A DNA stretch of 64,000 nucleotides from Candidatus Bathyarchaeota archaeon. Lineage in GTDB: Archaea; Thermoproteota; Bathyarchaeia; 40CM-2-53-6. The position numbers were made by a program, and so were the translations under genes. Location: contig VBBP01000044.1 of the NCBI GenBank assembly GCA_005884195.1, positions 27,151 through 91,150 of the forward strand, read 5' to 3'. Positions 55,458-64,000 of this stretch are shown piece after piece. Under the pieces are notes generated by a model. The model did no database searches. It was given only the letters and a program-made list of their open reading frames with translations, and had not been told where the DNA came from. How positions within the stretch are numbered: the stretch's first letter is position 1; every line of letters begins with the position of its first letter.

Positions 55458-56615
55458 TTGCTTCTAGAACTTCCCGAGAGACGGCTGCAACTTGATCCAG
55501 AACTGGATCACCGCCTCCGTGACGTCTACGGCCAACGAATCGACGGCGTTCTATCTGCAATGCAGGCGATGCCTTCGCGATACTATTTCAGGATAAACAC
55601 GCTGGAAGTTGAACGAGAAATCGTCATCCAATCGATGATTGCCGATGGTCTGCGCGCCGAGCCTCACAAGCAGCTCGAAGATGCCGGGTTCCTCCATCCT
55701 CGCCCCTCCAGAATAGAAACTGATTGCCACACTGTGGAAGCGGACAGGGTCGCCGCAGAAGCCGTTCAACTAGGAGCGCATCTCTACGCGCCGGGCGTAA
55801 AGCGATGCCACGGGTTGAGGCCCGGCATGAAAGTAACGGTGGTCGATGAGACCGGAACGCCAGTCGGCTCCGGCGTTTCCCACCAGAGCGAGACGAGCGT
55901 CTTGACCTACCGACAGGGTGTAGCGGTGGAAATCAAGATTAGCAGAACGGGTTTGCCGAGCATTATGGAAACCTCGTGGTACGCCAATGGACAGATCCAC
56001 CTCCAATCGCTGCCAGCAATTCTTACAAGCCATATTTTAGATCCGAAACCGGGAGAGACCATTGTCGACCTCAACTGCGCACCTGGCGGCAAGACAAGTC
56101 ACATCAGCCAGTTAACCCGAAATCAGGCTCGAATAATCGGCTTCGACCGCAACAAACACAAGATCCTGAAAGCAGAGGAACTCATGCACAGAATGGGCTG
56201 CGCTAACTACCAGTTGATATCGCACGACTCCAGATATATCCACCTTGATTACAACATCAAAGCCGACAGAGTTCTAGTGGACCCTCCTTGCACCGCTCTC
56301 GGAGTAATCCCGAAGCTTGCAATCGAGACAACCATGCGGAATGTCGTGAACTCAGCGGAATATCAGAGGCAGTTTCTAACTGCCGCTTCAGGTATAACCA
56401 AGAGAGGCGGAACAGTGGTGTACAGTGTCTGCACGATTAGCAAGGAAGAGTGCGAAGACATTGTCAGTTTTGCAGAGAACGAATTGGGGCTGGAGCTAGA
56501 AGAACAAACTCCGTTCCTAGCTGAAGCCGGGTTTGATCCAGATCATCTCACGCAGAGGTTCAATCCCGACATTCATGAGACAGGCTATTTCATAGCCCGG
56601 TTCATCAAGAACTGA
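55458..56615 (+). CDS. NOL1/NOP2/Sun-family RNA (cytosine-C5)-methyltransferase with N-terminal PUA-like domain
   Basis: 385 aa. SAM-binding DLNCAPGGKTSHISQL, the catalytic RVLVDPPCTALGV (PC motif) and VYSVCTISKEE (TC motif). Confidence 0.8.
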   Translation: MLLELPERRLQLDPELDHRLRDVYGQRIDGVLSAMQAMPSRYYFRINTLEVEREIVIQSMIADGLRAEPHKQLEDAGFLHPRPSRIETDCHTVEADRVAAEAVQLGAHLYAPGVKRCHGLRPGMKVTVVDETGTPVGSGVSHQSETSVLTYRQGVAVEIKISRTGLPSIMETSWYANGQIHLQSLPAILTSHILDPKPGETIVDLNCAPGGKTSHISQLTRNQARIIGFDRNKHKILKAEELMHRMGCANYQLISHDSRYIHLDYNIKADRVLVDPPCTALGVIPKLAIETTMRNVVNSAEYQRQFLTAASGITKRGGTVVYSVCTISKEECEDIVSFAENELGLELEEQTPFLAEAGFDPDHLTQRFNPDIHETGYFIARFIKN

Positions 56616-56626
56616 GACAAGGACCT

Positions 56627-57811
56627 ATGGAAGGTCTTCAGGGTTTCCTGAACAGATTACAAGCTACAGCGTCTGCTGTTCGGGAGTCCGGTATCCGAGA
56701 AGCTGTTGTTCTCCACCACGACGAGGCAGATGGGCTCACATCGGCTGCACTGACCAAACTGGCCCTGTCAAGTCTTGGGCTTGAGACGAGGCTAATCTGC
56801 CTCGACAAGTTGTACCCGGAAGTTGTCGAGGACGTCGAAACAGGTCGTCCTCACGTCGTAGCGTACGTCGACTTGGGTTCCGGGCATATTGATTGGTTGA
56901 TCAAAGCAAATAGCGCCCGATCCCTAATCCTCGCTCTGGACCATCACGACACATCTTCGATCCAGGATCCAATGCTCCACAACCTCAACCCTGAACTCTA
57001 CGGTTTTTCAGGCGAGAAAGACGCCTCCTCCGCAACAGTAGCCTATCTCTTCTGCAAAGCAGTTGACCCAGGATTGTCAAGATATGCTCACCTGGCGACT
57101 GTAGGGTCGCTAGAACTACCCGGTGAGATGCAAGGACTCAACTTGATCGCAATCAAGGACGCGAAGGATCAGGGTCTTCTCCGGGATTCTGGCAAGGGGG
57201 ACCTAAGAATCGAGGCTACGGGCATGAATCTGACAAGAACACGAGCCTCCAGCCTCCTCAACGTCCTAGGCTCAGTTGGATACTACCGGAACGGCCCTGA
57301 GATGGGCATCGAAGCGTGCACAACAGGTTTCAGCGAAGAAACAATCGAGCGGGCCAAGGCGTTCGAAGAAGAACGAAAACAAGCCAACCGAAACATGCTC
57401 TCAAGGATAAAGAAAGATGGGCTGTCTCAGAAGAAGAACATTCAATGGTTTCACGCAGGGGACGCCTACAAAGGCATGGGAGGAAAAGTGGTCGGAAGCT
57501 TCTGCTCATACTTACGCTACCAGCGAGTCGTCAATCCCGTAAGGTACTTGATCGGAATGATGAATGTCTCACCGGACATTCCCGGCTGGGGAAGCCTACC
57601 TTCCTCGATGGTAAAGGTCTCAGGAAGAGCCCCTCAAATCCTTACGACGCTGATCGAGAAAGGTACCAAACCTCCGCTCTCGAAGATCCTCCCTGAATCA
57701 TGCTCGAAGATCGGCGGGTTCGGTGACGGACACTCCGTCGCAGCCTCAGGAGTCTTTCCAGTCGGAAAAGAAGAATTGTTCCTTGACGAGATAGATCGTT
57801 CGGCAGCCTAG
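56627..57811 (+). CDS. DHH/DHHA1-family phosphoesterase (archaeal RecJ-like / nanoRNase-like)
   Basis: 394 aa. VVLHHDEADGLTSAA (motif I-II), LALDHHDT (DHH motif) and a C-terminal GGFGDGHSVAASG (DHHA1 GGGH motif). Confidence 0.75.
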   Translation: MEGLQGFLNRLQATASAVRESGIREAVVLHHDEADGLTSAALTKLALSSLGLETRLICLDKLYPEVVEDVETGRPHVVAYVDLGSGHIDWLIKANSARSLILALDHHDTSSIQDPMLHNLNPELYGFSGEKDASSATVAYLFCKAVDPGLSRYAHLATVGSLELPGEMQGLNLIAIKDAKDQGLLRDSGKGDLRIEATGMNLTRTRASSLLNVLGSVGYYRNGPEMGIEACTTGFSEETIERAKAFEEERKQANRNMLSRIKKDGLSQKKNIQWFHAGDAYKGMGGKVVGSFCSYLRYQRVVNPVRYLIGMMNVSPDIPGWGSLPSSMVKVSGRAPQILTTLIEKGTKPPLSKILPESCSKIGGFGDGHSVAASGVFPVGKEELFLDEIDRSAA

Positions 57812-59388
57812 GCGTCTTTGACGATAGTCTGGGCTTGCTCGTGCATGAACTCTAGCAGATAGTATGGCCCGCCAACTCCTTTGCCTGTAGCTCCACTTCC
57901 TTTCCAGCCGCCGAAGGATTGAGAGCCTGGCCATGCACCAGTTGTCGCGCCACCTTTTCTGTTTGCATATGTGACGCCGAAATCGATGTTCTTGAAGAAG
58001 TTGTCAACTTCATTCTGGTCATTACTGAAGATTCCTGCGGTCAACCCGAAGTCCGTATCGTTCGCTTTCTTCAACGCCTCGTCCAAGGTCCTGACCTCCT
58101 CAACGACGACGAAAGGCAAGAAGAGTTCCTCCTTCAAGAGACGGTCCTTGGATGGAAGCCCTGTGACCACGGTTGGTTTGACATAGTAGCCTTTGGATAG
58201 TTTCTTGTCTTCAGGCAGGCCGCCTCCAGCTAGTATCTTGCCGCCGTCTTTCTTCGCGAGTTCGAGATAGCGCTGATATTTCTTCACCGCCTTCTCGTTA
58301 ATCACGGGTCCGACGAAAGCGTCCTTGTCTCTGGGGTCCCCGACTTTGAGATGGTCTACTTTGTCCTTGAGAATCTTGAGAAAGTCGTTCTTGATCCCTT
58401 TCTCTACGTAGACTCGTGATGTGGCGCTGCATTTCTGGCCGCTGTACCCGAACGCTCCTCGTACGACACCTTCCGCAGCTTTCTCAAGATCGGCCTTTGA
58501 GGTGATGAGGGCGGGATTCTTGCTACCCATCTCAGCAATGAAGGGTTTCGGATATGGCTGCTTGTTGACGAAGTCGCGGTAGAGTTTCATGCCAACATCT
58601 TTTGATCCTGTGAAGGCGATGCCGGCAACGTCCAAGTTCCCGGTGACTTCGTCGCCGAAGTACTCGCCTGGACCCGTGAGATAGCTCAGTGCTCCAGGTG
58701 GCACTCCAGCGTTGATGAGCGTCTCGTACAACCTTAGGCCTGACAAAGGTGCGGCGCTGGTGGGGTGAAACACCACTGTGTTGCCAGTGACTAGCGCGGA
58801 TGCGACCATGCCGGCTGCCAGGGCGAGCGGAAAGTTGAACGGTGAAATGACTGCCCATACTCCGTAGGCGCGAAGAACGCTTTTCGAGACTTCCCCAGGC
58901 GCGCCTGGCTGCATGGGCTTCACATACCCATCATTCTGTTCCATCAGGTCAGCGTAGTAGTCAAGCATGTCGATGGCTTCGCTCGCTTCAGCGACAGCCT
59001 CGTACCGGTTCTTCCCGACCTCGTAGGTGATCAGCGCGGCTAGCTGGAACCGATCCTCCTCCATCAAGTCCGCTGCCTTCCGGATGATTGCAACTCGCTC
59101 TCTCCACGGCTTCATGCTCCATTCCTGAAACGCGTCCTTGGCCGCTTCGATCGCTTTCTTGGCGTACTGGGATGTTCCTTTCTGGAAATAGCCGAGGAGT
59201 ATCTTGGTGTCTAGAGGGCTTCTAGCATCAAATTCTCCGTCTCCCGCGAGAACTTTCCGGCCGTTGATGAACATCGGATGGTGTTTCCCAAAATCGGCTT
59301 CAACCTGTTTCAGAGCCGATTCATACTTCGGATGAATGCTCGGGTCAGCGAGCAACGTAACATAGGTCAACTTTGTTTCAGGACTCAA
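57808..59388 (-). CDS. aldehyde dehydrogenase family: L-glutamate gamma-semialdehyde (1-pyrroline-5-carboxylate) dehydrogenase-like
   Basis: 526 aa. ALDH glutamate box region, FTGSKDVGMKLY, catalytic Cys context GQKCSATSRVYVE, EEV/ELGGK-like motifs. The N-terminal extension is typical of PruA/RocA-type P5CDH. Confidence 0.85.
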   Translation of the reverse strand: MSPETKLTYVTLLADPSIHPKYESALKQVEADFGKHHPMFINGRKVLAGDGEFDARSPLDTKILLGYFQKGTSQYAKKAIEAAKDAFQEWSMKPWRERVAIIRKAADLMEEDRFQLAALITYEVGKNRYEAVAEASEAIDMLDYYADLMEQNDGYVKPMQPGAPGEVSKSVLRAYGVWAVISPFNFPLALAAGMVASALVTGNTVVFHPTSAAPLSGLRLYETLINAGVPPGALSYLTGPGEYFGDEVTGNLDVAGIAFTGSKDVGMKLYRDFVNKQPYPKPFIAEMGSKNPALITSKADLEKAAEGVVRGAFGYSGQKCSATSRVYVEKGIKNDFLKILKDKVDHLKVGDPRDKDAFVGPVINEKAVKKYQRYLELAKKDGGKILAGGGLPEDKKLSKGYYVKPTVVTGLPSKDRLLKEELFLPFVVVEEVRTLDEALKKANDTDFGLTAGIFSNDQNEVDNFFKNIDFGVTYANRKGGATTGAWPGSQSFGGWKGSGATGKGVGGPYYLLEFMHEQAQTIVKDA

Positions 59389-59489
59389 AAGAGATTCCTA
59401 CAAGCTATCAGATTACAGGCCAAAGATAAGACTACGGCTCTAGAGAAAGCTCGCGCTCGGGGAGGCTGCTGCTTCCTCGAGGTCCGAAG

Positions 59490-59912
59490 TTATGCCGGCA
59501 CGTGACGGGAAGCGGTTCTATACACAATTGCCAATAGTCCGCCTAGTATCCCAAGGACCGATCCGACTCCAGTGAGGAAGTTGCCGCCCGCAAAAAGTCC
59601 GACCACGGAGAATACAAGGATGATGGTTCCCCACAGAGAGTATTGGTGAGACCTGAAACTCATTACGACTGCGCTGACCAGGACCAGAATCCCTGATAGG
59701 ATCAGTATGACGGCGGAGATCTTCGCGCTGGATACGGCAAGGCCGAAATTGGTCGACCGAACGCTGTTCCCGACGAAATTGTTGAAGGTAGCTCCTGAAG
59801 CTGTGTATTTGATGATCCCGCTCGTAGAGGCTTTTGCCAATCCACCGATGAAGGTCAATATTCCTGCGAGCAACGAGATCGCATAGGCGGGAGCCCGGTC
59901 CTGAGCGGACAA
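59490..59912 (-). CDS. membrane protein (hypothetical, 4 TM)
   Basis: 140-aa hydrophobic ORF. Confidence 0.4.
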   Translation of the reverse strand: MSAQDRAPAYAISLLAGILTFIGGLAKASTSGIIKYTASGATFNNFVGNSVRSTNFGLAVSSAKISAVILILSGILVLVSAVVMSFRSHQYSLWGTIILVFSVVGLFAGGNFLTGVGSVLGILGGLLAIVYRTASRHVPA

Positions 59913-59978
59913 TGTTGAATCCTTCAGTCTGGAATCTTTGGTTAGCTGAGAAATAAGCGTTGCCTGAGGCTTGGCGGG

Positions 59979-60197
59979 CTAAGCGGTAATCCTAGCTCTA
60001 GCTCTCTTGGATACGTTGCGTGCGGTTCGGGGTCTTCTTGGAGATCCGCCTGAGTGGGAGCTTTCGTCCTTCCTCATCCAATCCGGGACGATAACGGCTC
60101 TGATCAGTTCCTGCATTGTTATGCCTCTCTCCTTCGCCATCTTCCGGAGCTCCGTGTAGACCATCGGGTCGAGTGACTGCATAAACTTGGTCGGCAT
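59979..60197 (-). CDS. ribbon-helix-helix (CopG-like) DNA-binding protein
   Basis: 72 aa. The N-terminal beta-strand followed by two helices (VYTELRKMAKERGITMQELIRAVI) fits the RHH fold. Confidence 0.5.
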   Translation of the reverse strand: MPTKFMQSLDPMVYTELRKMAKERGITMQELIRAVIVPDWMRKDESSHSGGSPRRPRTARNVSKRARARITA

Positions 60198-60302
60198 CTA
60201 TCTACGTTCCCCGTATACCGGACGCATCCGTAGGATATAATTGCACGCTTTTGACTCGGATGATATCTCCCTCCATCCTTCTATTCCGTTGGTTGAGGGG
60301 GC

Positions 60303-60917
60303 TCACTGCTTTGCCACAGGCAATAGCTCTACTAGAGATCGTAGAGGGACTCCTTCAATACTTTCTTTCCCGCTCTTATTCGCGAGCACGACGACTCCAA
60401 CAGGCTTTGCCTTCACTCCTGTAAGGGTCTCGATAGCCGCCCTGATCGTCTCTCCCATGCGGAGGATTGTGTCGACAATCAGCACTTTCTTGCCTTCGAC
60501 TCTTGAGAAGCTCGGGTTTACTGCGCCGGCGACTTTCTTCTCGCCGAGTCTCTGCGGTCGCACCGATGCAATGGGCTTGTTCAATGATCTTGCAACGATG
60601 AGTCCAAGGGCCATTCCACCGCTCTCGATTCCAGCAACAACTTCAGGCTCTTCCATCAGTCCGGCTTCTATGGCTTCGCGAACCATGTCTGCCATTGCTC
60701 GACCGACGAGGGTTAGGCGTCGAACGCTTGATCCTATCGGGTTCCAGTTGACATAGACATCGTAGGCCTCTTTTGTCTTAACTCCTTCTTTGCCGTGAAG
60801 TAACAGCCACACAACCGTGTCCGCCTGAACTTTCAGCTCGTCAGCTATCTCGTACGTGGACATGCCGCGTTCTTTCAGTTCGCGGGCGCTCTTCGCGAGC
60901 TCTTCCAGTGATCTCAT
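60303..60917 (-). CDS. gfcR: GfcR-like transcriptional regulator (N-terminal HTH fused to a PRTase/PyrE-like domain)
   Basis: 204 aa. The N-terminus has the HTH (GMSTYEIADELKVQADTVVWLL). The C-terminus has the type-I phosphoribosyltransferase PRPP-binding motif KKVLIVDTILRMGETI. Confidence 0.7.
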   Translation of the reverse strand: MRSLEELAKSARELKERGMSTYEIADELKVQADTVVWLLLHGKEGVKTKEAYDVYVNWNPIGSSVRRLTLVGRAMADMVREAIEAGLMEEPEVVAGIESGGMALGLIVARSLNKPIASVRPQRLGEKKVAGAVNPSFSRVEGKKVLIVDTILRMGETIRAAIETLTGVKAKPVGVVVLANKSGKESIEGVPLRSLVELLPVAKQ

Positions 60918-61033
60918 GTCTAACTTCCCTCTATGTCGAGGGTCGTTGAACCTAGTTATAACTTGTCAGATGGTCTAAGCGAAATCGGTGGAAGGGTATC
61001 TCACCCTAACATTATAATTCGATCAAACGGAAT

Positions 61034-62254
61034 GTGATAATGACTAATTTGAGAAGATTCCAGGTAGCGACCGACGACGAGATCAAGAATGCAGAAACTA
61101 CAGACGTCTACTTCACGCGAACAAAAGAGATTCTCGCAAAGGAAGGGCTTTCCGATCTTAGAGTAACAGCAGAGATAACGACAGGGTCTCTTCCAAGGAA
61201 CTGGGAATGGGGCATTCTTGCCGGCGTTGAGGAAGCAGCCCATCTCCTAGAGGGTGTACCGATCGATGTTCACTCTTTTCCGGAGGGAACTCTGTTCCAC
61301 TCAAGTGATGTGCAGGGTGTAAGGGAGCCCGTTATGGTGCTGGAGGGCCGATACCCCGATTTCTGTCTCTACGAGACACCAGTGCTCGGATTTCTCTGTC
61401 AAGCATCCGGTATTGCCACCATGGCAGCACGGGTTAGGAGAGCAGCAGGCAAGAAGACTCTCCTCTCGTTTGGAATTCGCAGGGCTCATCCAGCTCTCGC
61501 GCCCATGATCGACCGGTCATGCTACGTCGGCGGCTTCGACGAAGTGTCGACTATCGTCGGCGCGAAGCTGCTCGGAAAGGATCCAGCTGGAACGATGCCC
61601 CACTCGCTGATAATTGCGATAGGAGACCAGGTTAAGGCATGGAAGAGCTTCAACAAACACATGCCGAAAAAAGTTCCGAGAATTGCTTTGGTCGATACTT
61701 ACTATGATGAGAAGACGGAATCTATCATGGCCGCTGAAGCTCTTGGAAAAGACCTCTACGGGGTCCGACTGGATACTCCCAGCTCAAGGCGTGGGAATCT
61801 TGCGGAGATTATTCGAGAGGTACGATGGGAGCTTGACTCTAGGGGATACAACCATGTGAAGATCTTTGTATCGGGCGGACTGAACGACGAATCGGTCGCT
61901 GAACTGTCCCCCGCCGGAGCGGACGGGTTTGGGGTCGGAACCTCCGTCAGCAACGCGCCCAGCATCGACTTCGCTTTGGACATTGTTGAAGCGAACGGAA
62001 AGCCGGTGGCGAAGAGAGGAAAGCTCGGGGGTAGGAAAATGGTCTGGAGATGCGACGACTGTCTGACAGAGAAGGTAACGAGTCCGACGACGGCCGCGCC
62101 CAATTGTCCTAACTGCGGAAGGAAAATGAGGAAGATGCTTGCCCCTCTGCTCTCTAAAGGAAGACTCTCAAAGGCGCTTCCATCAGCTGACAATATTCGC
62201 GACAGAGTGCTCGGCCAGCTCAAGCGACTGACCGTTTCCCCAAAGGAACGGTGA
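61034..62254 (+). CDS. pncB: nicotinate phosphoribosyltransferase (archaeal-type) with C-terminal zinc ribbon
   Basis: 406 aa. TDVYFTRTKEIL, FGIRRAH, LVDTY, GVRLDTPS, FVSGGL motifs of NAPRTase. C-terminal CDDC...CPNCGRKM Zn-ribbon. Confidence 0.85.
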   Translation: MIMTNLRRFQVATDDEIKNAETTDVYFTRTKEILAKEGLSDLRVTAEITTGSLPRNWEWGILAGVEEAAHLLEGVPIDVHSFPEGTLFHSSDVQGVREPVMVLEGRYPDFCLYETPVLGFLCQASGIATMAARVRRAAGKKTLLSFGIRRAHPALAPMIDRSCYVGGFDEVSTIVGAKLLGKDPAGTMPHSLIIAIGDQVKAWKSFNKHMPKKVPRIALVDTYYDEKTESIMAAEALGKDLYGVRLDTPSSRRGNLAEIIREVRWELDSRGYNHVKIFVSGGLNDESVAELSPAGADGFGVGTSVSNAPSIDFALDIVEANGKPVAKRGKLGGRKMVWRCDDCLTEKVTSPTTAAPNCPNCGRKMRKMLAPLLSKGRLSKALPSADNIRDRVLGQLKRLTVSPKER

Positions 62255-62271
62255 CTCGCCTCGCTAGGACT

Positions 62272-62280
62272 CAATTTTTT
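62272..62280 (+). terminator. oligo-T tract (TTTTTTTCT) after pncB
   Basis: Begins 18 nt after the pncB stop. Archaeal terminators are U-tracts. Confidence 0.3.
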
Positions 62281-62673
62281 TCTGTAGACATATTGTCGAC
62301 TAGGGATCGGCCTGGAAGAAACGCGCAAAGCGTGGTGCTCTCTACACTTCTGACTGCCTTGATGGAGAAGCCACCTTGACGATGACCTGGGCAAGCAATG
62401 CCCAGGGAGAGCGAGAGGGCCAAATGCCTTGTCGCTTTCAAGATGAATATTGATGAGTCGATTAATAAGCGAATTGGGACCGGGGTCCAGAAGAGAACTG
62501 GGGTCCCACTCCAAGCCAACCACTTGGAACCCTTCAGTCTAACGCCGTGAATGAGAACTTCGAGTGCAAAGATACTCGCGGGGTGGTTGAAATTATGTCC
62601 TCCGGAGATTAGCCTTCGGTTAAACAGGGCTTAAGAGGGATTTCACCCAATCCTGAATTGTGGTCGTCGAAAA

Positions 62674-62886
62674 ATGAGGAGACTAATGGTCCTCATCGGG
62701 GCAGTATTCGTACTGCTTGGGATTGCCGCTGAGAGCTTGTACATCGCTAGCGAGAAGGTCGCTTACAATGGAGCAACGATCTCTTTGAACGCGTACATGA
62801 TCTCGGGACTTTTCCTTATCCTCTTGGGATTTCTGCTGACCTTGTCAGGAGCAAGAATCTCTAAGATCCGAATTCCGCATGCTTAA
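62674..62886 (+). CDS. small membrane protein (2 TM)
   Basis: 70-aa hydrophobic ORF. Confidence 0.3.
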   Translation: MRRLMVLIGAVFVLLGIAAESLYIASEKVAYNGATISLNAYMISGLFLILLGFLLTLSGARISKIRIPHA

Positions 62887-62953
62887 CTGCAGATCGCGGA
62901 TTCGAGTCTTGGAATGAGGACTTAGCGCAGCACTTACACGTTTCGGAGGAGGT

Positions 62954-63529
62954 CTAGACTTTGGTCACGACACCAGGATCGATTCTGACCGGACGATGCC
63001 CTGATACTCCATGGGCAATGTCCCGAACTCCAACCGCAACCAATACAATTGCCATTATGAACGACAGACTCGTCTGACCCAAGGACGAGTCGAGGATTAC
63101 GAAAACAGAGAGAATAACCGTCAATACACCCACTATTCCGATCAGTCCTCGCACCCAAACCGGCGGGTGTTTCGCAAAACCTGCTGCTACAATTTCCACA
63201 ATTCCGACAACTAGGAGCGCGAACGCGACGAGAAGGGTAAGAAACCCGATGGCGAGTTGCGGGTCGATTATTACAACGATTCCGAGGACGAGGGCAATGA
63301 TTCCGCCTCCAGTATTGATCTCTCGAAACCAGGGTGCGAAATATCGCCCATAAATGCCGGCAAGGATTCGCGACAACCCTAGGATGAAGAGCCCGATTCC
63401 AAGGGTATAGGCGAGGACGGTGAGGGCAAATGATGAGTCAGCCAGCACGAAGAATGCGACTGCAAGAACAAGTACTCCGGCGAGTATCTCTAGAACGCGT
63501 AGCCAACTAGGGGTTCTCTTCTCAATCAA
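62954..63529 (-). CDS. HdeD/DUF308-family membrane protein
   Basis: 191 aa, 6 TM. Repeated G(I/V)xxIxLG(I/L)xx(I/L) helices characteristic of DUF308/HdeD. Confidence 0.55.
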   Translation of the reverse strand: MIEKRTPSWLRVLEILAGVLVLAVAFFVLADSSFALTVLAYTLGIGLFILGLSRILAGIYGRYFAPWFREINTGGGIIALVLGIVVIIDPQLAIGFLTLLVAFALLVVGIVEIVAAGFAKHPPVWVRGLIGIVGVLTVILSVFVILDSSLGQTSLSFIMAIVLVAVGVRDIAHGVSGHRPVRIDPGVVTKV

Positions 63530-63601
63530 GTTCGAGTCTCAGGCGATGTCGTCGACTCGGTATAGTAGCTTTCCTCTTGGTTTCTAGCCACGGTGGAGCG
63601 A

Positions 63602-64000
63602 TTAGACTCCGAACAGACGTATCAGGTAAGCTGCCAAGACAGTCGCGACGAGAGGAGCACCCAGAATCCCGGTCAGGCGCGCAACCGTTCCTATGTCGAA
63701 GGGCCAATCGTGCATCTGGTGGATCTCCCGTTTGATCGCGTCAATCGCCAAGAGTTCATTCACGAGTCCTTCGCTCAATGGTCCCTCTCCCACAGCCTCA
63801 AATTCACCCATTGCGCGACTATGTCGAAGTCCGATCAAGGCAGACTTTTCAGTCCTTACCTCTTGCATCTTCTTGTGAAGGCCAAAGAGCGGAACGAGGA
63901 AGAAGAATATGCCTGGCACCAGGAATATGGTTAAGCTCAGCTCGACCGCGAAATTTGGATAAAGAAAGGTCGGAAATGTCAGCAGTATTGCGAAGACATA
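63602..64000 (-). CDS. membrane protein, 5' end beyond the right window edge
   Basis: The ORF track starts it at GTG 63919, but the minus-strand frame stays open (hydrophobic: YVFAILLTFPTFLYPNFAVELSLTIFL...) to position 64000. Confidence 0.4.
   Translation of the reverse strand, partial: YVFAILLTFPTFLYPNFAVELSLTIFLVPGIFFFLVPLFGLHKKMQEVRTEKSALIGLRHSRAMGEFEAVGEGPLSEGLVNELLAIDAIKREIHQMHDWPFDIGTVARLTGILGAPLVATVLAAYLIRLFGV

Noticed and set aside
1-64000. CRISPR arrays, rRNA genes, transposases/integrases
   Set aside because: No regularly spaced short direct repeats, no rRNA-like conserved segments and no transposase or integrase motifs were seen on reading the sequence and the ORF translations. 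The only repeated DNA found is the pair of about 90-nt degenerate DUF559-gene ends at 14831-14983 and 15663-15760.

Overview
This 64 kb window appears to come from an archaeal genome (GC about 53%; archaeal ribosomal proteins L39e/L31e/LX/S19e/L10(P0)/L12(P1), aIF6, Nep1, Rpp21, archaeal-type AlaRS/LeuRS, and a Ta0938-like Zn protein that hints at a Thermoplasmata-like lineage, though lineage is not resolved). The right ~26 kb (38.4-64 kb) is a conserved core block. It runs Nep1, Rpp21, S19e, PDCD5-like, L39e, L31e, aIF6, LX, prefoldin-alpha, FtsY, argF, SecE, Spt5/NusG, L11, L1, L10, L12, alaS, leuS, then a NOP2/Sun m5C methyltransferase, a DHH phosphoesterase, P5C dehydrogenase, a GfcR-like regulator divergent from pncB, and an HdeD-like membrane protein. 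The left ~38 kb is accessory-like. It carries an APC permease, F420-type LLM oxidoreductase, SDR, ICMT-like methyltransferase, several Thr/Asn-rich surface-anchored proteins, DUF885, an S9 peptidase, GNAT, ABM, an LMW-PTP/ArsC-like protein and an aldo-keto reductase. It also holds several small toxin-antitoxin/defence-like modules: an AbiEi/AbiEii-like pair, an RHH-PIN single ORF, a VapBC pair, duplicated DUF559-like gene ends, a frameshifted retropepsin-like protease and an RNase HI. One tRNA-Gly(GCC) gene (35752-35873) appears to carry two introns, one at a non-canonical T-arm position. The candidates most worth a second look are listed here. (1) A tight three-gene operon (12287-13664) encoding a Cys/His mini-protein, a Zn-ribbon-fused heme-oxygenase-like (CADD/PqqC-fold) redox enzyme and a Ta0938-like Zn-binding protein. 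(2) A minus-strand operon (31783-35594) of two paralogous 4-TM proteins with a shared C-terminal DPxxHF motif, a large DUF95/SpoIIM-domain membrane protein and an RNase HI. (3) Essential genes rpl11 and leuS whose conserved N-termini lie upstream of any in-frame ATG/GTG/TTG and overlap the preceding gene's TGA stop. (4) A small TA/endonuclease island at 14-16.3 kb. Several genes look frameshifted (retropepsin-like, HAD hydrolase, a hypothetical at 16.5-17.2 kb), so either the assembly is indel-prone or these are real pseudogenes. All functional calls are by-eye motif recognition from the translated ORFs. No database searches were run.
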